64,000 nt of DNA, from positions 1-64,000 of the forward strand of contig JBGASG010000012.1 in assembly GCA_044229845.1 (NCBI GenBank), in the 5' to 3' direction. The notes under the pieces were generated by a model, which searched no databases, was not told the origin of the DNA, and was given only the letters and a program-made list of their open reading frames with translations. Both the position numbers and the translations under genes were made by a program. This stretch comes from Candidatus Obscuribacteraceae bacterium (GTDB lineage: Bacteria; Cyanobacteriota; Vampirovibrionia; Obscuribacterales; Obscuribacteraceae). This document shows positions 28,535 to 36,200 of the stretch, in pieces (position 1 is the first letter of the stretch; every line of letters begins with the position of its first letter).

Positions 28535-28633
28535 AAGAACCCCGCCAGTGGCGGTATTGGGTAAGATTGGTAGTGTCATCCCCCATGGTTCGCCCTGGGG
28601 CCCCCCCGGTCGCAGGATCGGGGTCTTTTTTTT
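28535..28633 (+). ncRNA. Candidate structured RNA/leader ending in an intrinsic terminator, upstream of the NYN gene
   Basis: Hairpins CCGCC-AGT-GGCGG (28542-28554), CCCCA.GG-TTCG-CC.TGGGG (28581-28600) and CCCCGGTC-GCAG-GATCGGGG (28604-28623) followed by T8 (28626-28633). Confidence 0.5.
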
Positions 28634-28646
28634 GCGAGCCTTACCT

Positions 28647-29227
28647 ATGAGCGGTTCCGTATCTTTCTTTATCGATGGCTTCAGAGGAAAGTGGCTGGAT
28701 TACGAGGCTCTCTGCAAGCATTACCTTTCATTTTTCGGCGCACAAGTAGCCAACCTGCACTATTTTCCGCTTATGCGACTCATTTGCACACCAAAGGAGT
28801 CCCTCAGCGCCATAGGGCGCTAGTTGATGTCCTCCTCGATAAAGGTGTCGACGTGCAGCTCGGCAATTTCAAAGAAAAGTCGAGATGGTGCCCCAACTGT
28901 TCCACCAAAACTGCAGGTCACGAGGAAAAGGAAACTGACGTCAATATTGCAATCGCCCTAATGGAAGCTTTTTTGAAGGATGAGTGTGACACAGCGGTCA
29001 TCGTAACGGGCGACACCGATCTGGTCACTGCTGTCCGCAGCGCAAAGCGGATTTTCAATTCAAAACGAGTCGGAATACTCTTTCCTTATGGCAGGCAGAA
29101 CAACAGCTTCAAGGGAGTAGCCGACATCTCGGTCAGAATCAATCCGGCTCGTTACGAGCAGTATCAGCTACCCGATCCCTATGTCTGTAAGAATGGCTCA
29201 GCGATCAACAAGCCCACAACCTGGTAG
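28647..29227 (+). pseudogene. NYN/LabA-DUF88 (PIN-like) nuclease, frameshifted
   Basis: MSGSVSFFIDGF..KWLDY..HYF in one frame, continuing SAYATH...EEKETDVNIA...IVTGDTDL in another. The shift is in the T-run at 28763-28766; the usual N after DGF is also missing. Confidence 0.82.
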
Positions 29228-29333
29228 TTGGCTCCCTTCGACTTCTATGAATTTTTGCACTATGCTGGTCACCAGCTACGCCTATGCCACCGCGATCTCA
29301 ATAGCCTAATTTCAAGCTCACTTCCTACTGAAT

Positions 29334-30140
29334 TTAGCGCGATTTCGCAGCGGGTTTCTTCGCGGCGGTTTTGTTCGCAGCGGGTTTCTTCGCGGCCGGC
29401 TTCTTCGCGGCCGGCTTCTTCGCGGCTGGTTTCTTCGCAGCTGGTTTCTTCGCAGCTGGTTTCTTCGCAGCTGGTTTCTTCGCAGCTGGTTTCTTCGCAG
29501 CTGGTTTCTTCGCAGCTGGTTTCTTCGCAGCTGGTTTCTTCGCAGCTGGTTTCTTCGCGGCTGGTTTCTTCGCCACCGGCTTGGGGGCTGGCTTTGGCTG
29601 CGGCTTCTTCACCACGGCGGGCACAGATTTGACGGCCGGGATTGTCGCTGCCCCGACAGCAGCAGCGCTACCGTCGACACCGTCAGTAGTGGCAGGTGCA
29701 GGTGGCGGTGGCGGTTTTGGTGTTCCCTTCACCATGGTTTGCGAGAGCCGGCGGTTGAACTCGTTGAACCGCTGTTCCATGTCGTCGAGGTCTTCTTTCG
29801 GATAGCCCTTCTCCGAAACCTGGTTTTCCAAATAAGTGAGCGCCACTACTTGATTCCTGAACATCTCGGATTCTTCGCCGGTCAACCAGCCTTTGGCAAT
29901 TGCACTCTCTATCTGCGAACGGAAGTTGTTCAGGCGCTCTTTATATCTCGCCGCAATCAACGCCGTCTTGTTGCCGCTCAAGCTCTTGAAATATGCGGCG
30001 GCTGAGCCGCTAGAAGTATTTGCACCGGCGGTGGAATCCGTGACGGCGGACACGTCGGCGGAGGCTTCCTCGTCGGCAAAACAAGGCGCCTGCGCTAATA
30101 GACACAGCACCGCCAGCCACGCGCCCACGCCCCTTCTCAT
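29334..30140 (-). CDS. Exported protein with C-terminal histone H1-like (KKPAA)n tail
   Basis: Signal peptide, helical core, then about 15 KKPAA-type pentapeptides. Confidence 0.8.
   Translation of the reverse strand: MRRGVGAWLAVLCLLAQAPCFADEEASADVSAVTDSTAGANTSSGSAAAYFKSLSGNKTALIAARYKERLNNFRSQIESAIAKGWLTGEESEMFRNQVVALTYLENQVSEKGYPKEDLDDMEQRFNEFNRRLSQTMVKGTPKPPPPPAPATTDGVDGSAAAVGAATIPAVKSVPAVVKKPQPKPAPKPVAKKPAAKKPAAKKPAAKKPAAKKPAAKKPAAKKPAAKKPAAKKPAAKKPAAKKPAAKKPAAKKPAANKTAAKKPAAKSR
29344..29574. repeat. Coding 15 bp tandem repeat (GGTTTCTTCGCAGCT)n, about 15 units
   Basis: TTCTTC recurs every 15 bp from about 29386 to 29566, plus two degenerate units. Confidence 0.95.
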
Positions 30141-30237
30141 CTTCCCCTCCGCAGGTTAGACATTCACGTACAAAGTTGGTACTTTCCTTCTGTCGATCCT
30201 AGCAGGGTTGCAGTCTCTAGTCCGTGTTCGCAACATC

Positions 30238-31404
30238 ATGCACGTAACTCAACTTCGCGTCAGCGGGTACCGATCAATTAAAGACGTCTGGCTCAAGCTC
30301 AAGCGAGTCAACGTCATTGTCGGCCCGAACGGCTGCGGCAAGAGCAATCTCTATCGCTCGATGTATTTGCTGTGGACCGCCGCTACCGGTCAGCTCGCCC
30401 GCGCCCTCGCCGAGGAAGGCGGCATGCCGTCAGTCTGCTGGGCGGGCGCTCGCAAAAAGGGACCGGTGCGGGTCAAGTTCGCAGTCCGCTTTGATTCCCT
30501 GCACTACGAACTGGTTTGCGGCTTGCCACGCGCTGCCAGCAAAGACCGCGAGACGCCAAGTGCGTTCAATCTAGATCCGGAAGTGAAGAGCGAAGTGGTT
30601 TCGTACCGCCAGAACGGCCGCGAGACGAAGCTGCTGACGCGCGATGCCGGCACCGTTTCGGCGCGCGATGCCAGCGGCAAGCCGCTCGTTTTTCCGATGA
30701 TCGCGGACAAAAATGAATCTGTGCTTTCTGAACTGCGCGAGCCACATCGATTTCCTGAATTATCGATGCTCAGGCAAAACATCTTGCGCTGGCGCTTCTA
30801 TCATCATTTTCGAACCGACGCGGCTGCGCCGGTTCGCCAACCACAAGTGGCAGTGCGCACGCCAGTGCTCAGTCACGATGGCAGCGATCTGGCGGCGGCA
30901 TTGGAGACCATCGAAGAAATCGGTGATGGGCAGGCGCTGCACAACTTGCTGGAGGCGGCATTTCCCGGCAGTCGCATGTCAGTGCAGCGTGACGGCGGGA
31001 GGCTGGCGGTGTCCATGGAGATGCCCGAGTTTCATCGACCTTTTTTAGCACACGAACTGTCTGACGGCACTCTGCAGTATATCTGCCTGGTGGCAGCGCT
31101 ACTCAGCCCGCGGCCGCCGCTCCTGCTGGCGTTGAATGAACCGGAAAACAGCATTCACCCCAACCTCTATGAACCGCTCGCGATGTTGATTGCCAAAGCT
31201 TCGGAAGAATCGCAGTTGTGGATCACAACCCACTCGCAAGAGTTGGCGGACCACATCCTGGAATACACCGGTGTCTCGCAGATCGAACTGGAAAAGGTCG
31301 AAGGAGAAACGCGCATAGTCGGGCAAAAGCTGGGGGACGAGGAAGAAACCGAAGATAGCGACGACGATCAGGAAGCCGAAGCGGAGGCGCATGCCGCGCG
31401 ATGA
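30238..31404 (+). CDS. ABC/SMC-like AAA ATPase (AAA_21, COG4637-like)
   Basis: GYRSI, IVGPNGCGKSN, EGG, WRFYHHFRTD, ELSDGTL, LNEPENSIHP, ITTHS. Confidence 0.88.
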   Translation: MHVTQLRVSGYRSIKDVWLKLKRVNVIVGPNGCGKSNLYRSMYLLWTAATGQLARALAEEGGMPSVCWAGARKKGPVRVKFAVRFDSLHYELVCGLPRAASKDRETPSAFNLDPEVKSEVVSYRQNGRETKLLTRDAGTVSARDASGKPLVFPMIADKNESVLSELREPHRFPELSMLRQNILRWRFYHHFRTDAAAPVRQPQVAVRTPVLSHDGSDLAAALETIEEIGDGQALHNLLEAAFPGSRMSVQRDGGRLAVSMEMPEFHRPFLAHELSDGTLQYICLVAALLSPRPPLLLALNEPENSIHPNLYEPLAMLIAKASEESQLWITTHSQELADHILEYTGVSQIELEKVEGETRIVGQKLGDEEETEDSDDDQEAEAEAHAAR

Positions 31405-32774
31405 GTGAGCGTTCTGAAGCACCACTGCAACTGAAACACCTCTGGCAGGCAGCAGTCATCGGTATCGCCGCCGGCGGCAGCGCTCTGGCCTTCGAACACT
31501 CGGTCGATTTGCTGGGAACACTGCGCGTCGAGGCGGCCGCCCATTATCCCGCCTATATACTGTTGCCAGCGTTCGGGCTGATCGGTGGACTGATCTCCGG
31601 TGCCATCGTCCAGTTTTGCGCGCCGGAGATCTCCGGCAGCGGCATCCCTCAGGTGAAAGCGGCTCTCGAGGGGCTGAAGATGCCTCTGACAATCCGTATC
31701 GCGCTCTGGAAACTGGTAGCAGGAGTAGTGGCACTCGGTTCCGGCTTGTTTATGGGTCGCGAAGGCCCGACCGTGCACATAGGCGCCGTAATCGGCGCGC
31801 AGCTCGGCAAAAAGTCCCAACACGACCGTCACCTGGCAGCGGCCGGCGCCGCGGCCGGATTGGCGGCCGCGTTCAACGCGCCACTGGCTGGCGTCTTGTT
31901 CGTGATCGAAGAACTGTTCAGAAACCTGTCCGTCGGCGCGATTACCACGGCTGCCTTCGCGTGCTTTCTGGCATCAGTCGTCACCAATATGTTGCACTCA
32001 CCACATACGGTGACAAAGCTTTGGGTAGAACACACACCTGTGACCGTGGACGATCTGCTCTTCTGGCCTTTGATAGGCATTGTCGGCGGCGTACTGGGTG
32101 CGGGTTTCAATGCTTCCGTCATGGCTGCTTTACGCATAAACAAGGCTATGAAAATCCCCACCACATTGAAAGTCGGACTCGCCGGTTTGCTCTCCGGGAT
32201 AGTTGTGGCGCTGTTGCCCCACAACGCCATCGACTATGCACACCTGCGTGAATTGGTCATCGCCGGCTCAACTCCGGCACCGCTGCTGGCGATGATGTCG
32301 GTCGCGTTTCTGTTTCTCACTGCCTCGGCTTACGGCTCCGGCGCGCCGGGTGGATTATTTGCGCCCGCGCTTACCATCGGATCATTCGGCGGCGCTGCGG
32401 TCGCCTGGCTGCAAAGCATGACCACCGGCGCCGACTCGATGCAGGCATTCGCGGTGCTCGGCATGGGCGCAGTCTTCGCCGGCGTCGCCCGTGTCCCACT
32501 CACCGCCATCGTCATCATTTGCGAGATGACCGCGCAATTCGAATTGATGCTGCCTCTGATGATCACGTGTATCATCGCCACACTGGTCGCCGAAAAACTG
32601 TATCCCCGCTCCATCTACGATCGCCTCGTCGACTGGGGAGGCTACACAAAGGAAGAGACTTCTAAAGCTCAGGAAGAAACTTCGACAGCTGCGGAAGAGA
32701 CCCAGGCAGAGCCAACAGAAACGCCCGATGCAGAGCCAGTTACCTCCCCACTGCCCGCGGAAGAAAAGTCGTGA
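31401..32774 (+). CDS. clcA: ClC-family H+/Cl- exchange transporter
   Basis: GSGIP, GREGP, AAFNAPLAG, GGLFAP, SIY motifs. Confidence 0.92.
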   Translation: MSERSEAPLQLKHLWQAAVIGIAAGGSALAFEHSVDLLGTLRVEAAAHYPAYILLPAFGLIGGLISGAIVQFCAPEISGSGIPQVKAALEGLKMPLTIRIALWKLVAGVVALGSGLFMGREGPTVHIGAVIGAQLGKKSQHDRHLAAAGAAAGLAAAFNAPLAGVLFVIEELFRNLSVGAITTAAFACFLASVVTNMLHSPHTVTKLWVEHTPVTVDDLLFWPLIGIVGGVLGAGFNASVMAALRINKAMKIPTTLKVGLAGLLSGIVVALLPHNAIDYAHLRELVIAGSTPAPLLAMMSVAFLFLTASAYGSGAPGGLFAPALTIGSFGGAAVAWLQSMTTGADSMQAFAVLGMGAVFAGVARVPLTAIVIICEMTAQFELMLPLMITCIIATLVAEKLYPRSIYDRLVDWGGYTKEETSKAQEETSTAAEETQAEPTETPDAEPVTSPLPAEEKS

Positions 32775-33265
32775 AACCTATAAAACTATCGCGTCAGGCA
32801 TACGAACGCTATGGCACCGTAATTGGTGCCGATGAAACCTTGCCGTTCAAGCCGGCGAATATGGGTACTGCAAAGCGTTTCAACTATCTCGCCGACATCC
32901 AGAATCGACGCCCGGACGCACGTCTCAACATGTGTGTGTTTCGTTGCAGCGCCGCTCAATTGCCCCTCGAAATCAGATTGCTGGAGAAACATGAACACTC
33001 CACGCAGATTTTCCTGCCCATGAATGCCACCGCCAAATATCTGGCCATCGTTTGCCTGGGCGGCGACGCGCCAGATCTGGAGACGCTCTCGGCGTTTCTC
33101 GTCGAAGGCCCGCAAGGCATAAGTTATTACCCGGGAGTGTGGCACTACCCGATGACGGCGCTTAGCGAACCAATCGACTTCGCCTGCCTGGTCGCCGAGA
33201 ACGACTCCGTCGACGACTGCACCATTCACACTTTCGAGCACCCGCTCACTATCGAGACGGAGTGA
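32771..33265 (+). CDS. allA: Ureidoglycolate lyase family protein
   Basis: ANMGTAKRF, LLEKHEHSTQIFLPM, QGISYYPGVWHYPM. Confidence 0.82.
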   Translation: MKPIKLSRQAYERYGTVIGADETLPFKPANMGTAKRFNYLADIQNRRPDARLNMCVFRCSAAQLPLEIRLLEKHEHSTQIFLPMNATAKYLAIVCLGGDAPDLETLSAFLVEGPQGISYYPGVWHYPMTALSEPIDFACLVAENDSVDDCTIHTFEHPLTIETE

Positions 33266-33275
33266 GATGGGATGC

Positions 33276-36200
33276 TCAGGCGAATTTCGGGTTGAGGACC
33301 GGAGTCTGGCTTTCGTCGGCTACGGTGGCGACAGCCGTCGGGTCCTTCGGTCCACGCAGTTGCGCCTTGGCCTTCAGCTTCGCCAGCACGGGCAATGCAA
33401 TTAGCGGTCCCACAGGATTGTCGGGAGCACCTGTATCAACATTGACGACAACAGCTGCCAATGCTGGTTGCAAGCCCCCTTGTAGCGCCGGCTGCATGGC
33501 GGGTATAACTGCAGTCGTTGCAGGCGCCGCCGCCACTCCCATCACACTTGCCAATGCGGTCTGCATCAACTCATTCTGCACTGCGGATTCAGTCACTACA
33601 GTCACCAGGTTTTCGATATCAAATTCGATCTTCCGTTCATGGAAGTCGACGATGTCCTGCCAGACTGGCAATTCAATCTTCTGGCGCACTCGCAGTTCGA
33701 CAATTCGTTTGCCGCCTTCATAGATTTCATTCGTGAAGGGCGCGTTGAGGTCGGCAATCAGCCAACCCAATTTGGCATCGCGAAACAGGTGTTCGGCCAG
33801 CGCAGCCAAGTCTTCGTTTGCACGCACCAGCCACGTCGGGCGCACGAGAGCGCGATAGCGACCTATTTGTTTCGCCTGCTGGGCAGTGGTGCGCGCCAGT
33901 TCTTGCGCCTTTGTCGCAGGCACATCGGCAGCGACTTCGGGAGTATTGCCTTTCTGTCCGCGCGCCCTGGCAATGCCGGCACTGATGAACAGGGCAGCCA
34001 GAGCCAGCTCCGGACCGATGAGCAGAAGGTCTTTCTTCTTGCCGCGCAGCGCTCTGGCATTCGCAAAATACAGTGTCCCTGTTAGAGGACCGATTTCTCC
34101 TGCCGCGCCACGCACCGGGAAGCGACGTGCAATCGGCACGACCAAGCCGTTGTCCAGCCTGATTTGCCCGACGCCGCCGGGTCCGACCAATGGCAACTGC
34201 GCACGCGTCACCGATTGAGCCAGTGGTCGGTCGGATGCAGCTGCTACATATCGGCCGTTGAACGAACTGCCGTCCCAACGATGTCCGACGGCTTCGAAGA
34301 ACTTGGTGCCGCCACCGAAGTGACTGAGGTGGACGTTGGCAGAGCCAGTGACGTTGGCACCGGCAGAACGGATATCTGATACTTTCAACGCGCCGAAAGC
34401 GGCATTAGCGATGGTGATTGACGAGCGCGCGGCATCCGATGCGCTCAATGCGCCACTGAGCGTGCGCCTGAAGGAAGGATCTTGAAGAATGTCGGCAACG
34501 TTGAGAACAGCTCCTGCCATCCGCCGGAAGATTTCTTTCTCGGTTTCGGTTTGCTCGAAAGCGCGGTATCTGCCGCCCCGAGCACCGGCGATGCCGCCTT
34601 CGGCGGCTGCCCAGGTAGCAGCCATCAAAATCGCATGCGTGCGATTGCTGTCGCGCCAGAGGATGGCGCTGTCGTCCTTGCCCGGCACTATGCGAGCGAA
34701 CTTCAGCAGTGCATCGGTTCCGGCGGCGCGTTCGTCACCCGCACTCTTCACGTATTTCTTGACCGCGTTTTCCACCCGGCGAATCTCTTCTTCCGCAGCT
34801 CTTGCTGCTTCCACCAGGTTCTGCTTGATGCGTTGCAACTCAGCTGCCGCTAACGCAGCCTTGTCGCCAGGCTTGAGCGGGTCTGTCCCCGCCGGTGTCT
34901 CGCCGGTCCGACGCGCGTCTCCCGGTGTGGCCGATCCGCCTGAACGCGTGACGGCTGAAGGATCGGGCATCATGAAGCTGCCGGAGAAATCATTGACGCG
35001 CCAACCAATCATCTCGCCTGGAGGAAACTTGACGGACGCGACCGACTCTCCCGGAAGCGCCCCGGCGCTCGGCGCTGCCGGCTTGCCATCGAGGCGCACA
35101 GGCTGTCCAGAGGTTGCATGCTCGGTCGTCGAGTCGGCGGTAGCCTTAACATCGGTCGCGGGAATGGCTGGCTTGAAGCCCAGTTCAGCCGACGTGGCGC
35201 GCATTGATGCCAGCGCTGTTTCTTGTTGCGCAATCGGCATTGCCTGCAATCTGTCCAGCGCCTGTCTGACGTTGCCGTCTTGATTGCTGGCAGACAGCCG
35301 AGCCAACCCGGCATTGAGGTTGCCATTGCCGGCGGTGGCGACCATGGCTACGTCGGTTTCATTCAACTTGCCGTCCGGCGGTGCAATAGCCGCCTTCAAA
35401 ACGCGAGCGCCGTCAACAAAGGTGCCGTTCTGCCCGCTGTTGATCACCGCCTGGGCGCCCACTCTGCCGTCGCCGCCTCCGGCTGCCACGACCACGCGGC
35501 CAAGCTGCTCTACGTTGCCGCCTGTGGTGGCACGCGCCGCACGCTGAACTTGATCGATACCATTGACGAGATTGTCCTGTCCCTGGTTGTTGCGACCGAT
35601 GACATCGCGCACGACGGCGGCGCCTTCGTTGAATTGCTGCGTGGCGCTGAAGCTTTGCGTGGCGCGCACACCGGCATCGTACGAATCACGCTTGTCGGAC
35701 ATGCCCGCGACATAGCCCGCGCCGGTCAGGAAATTCTGTGTGCGCCCTTCAGGCACGAAACTCGCCGTATTGGTGATGCCGTCTTCGATGGTGCGATACT
35801 GCGGCGGTCCGTTGCCGGCGTTTTGCACCGAGAGCAGCGACCTCTCGACCGACCGCGGATAGCCGCTGGGTCCGATTGTGTACTCCCCGTATGGACCTTC
35901 ATGCGTCTGCAGAAGAATTGCCGGCGCATCGCTGGCCAGTCCTGGCTTCTTCCCATCCGGACTGGCAATGCGTTCGAGATTAGTGGTGGCACGGTCGGTG
36001 AAATTGTATGTTCCGGGCGGCAACACCCCATCGCGCACCATGGCCTCGATGGCGGCGCGGTCGCCCGCGACATCGATGACACGTTGCATATTGCGCGCAT
36101 CCGTGGTTTTCTGACCGGACGCATCTATCGAAGCCGTCAGTTCAAGAGAGGTCTGCACGCCCACTTCCAGGGGCTCGGCGCCATTGTTGTTTCTTCCCAG

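Noticed and set aside
29228..29805. (AAGFF)n and (LVSSQ)n repeat proteins on the + strand
   Set aside because: Antisense readings of the KKPAA-coding repeat.
30238..31404. AAA_21 ATPase as part of an anti-phage system (Gabija/PARIS/Septu-like)
   Set aside because: No adjacent nuclease, TOPRIM or helicase partner; it is coupled to clcA and allA instead.
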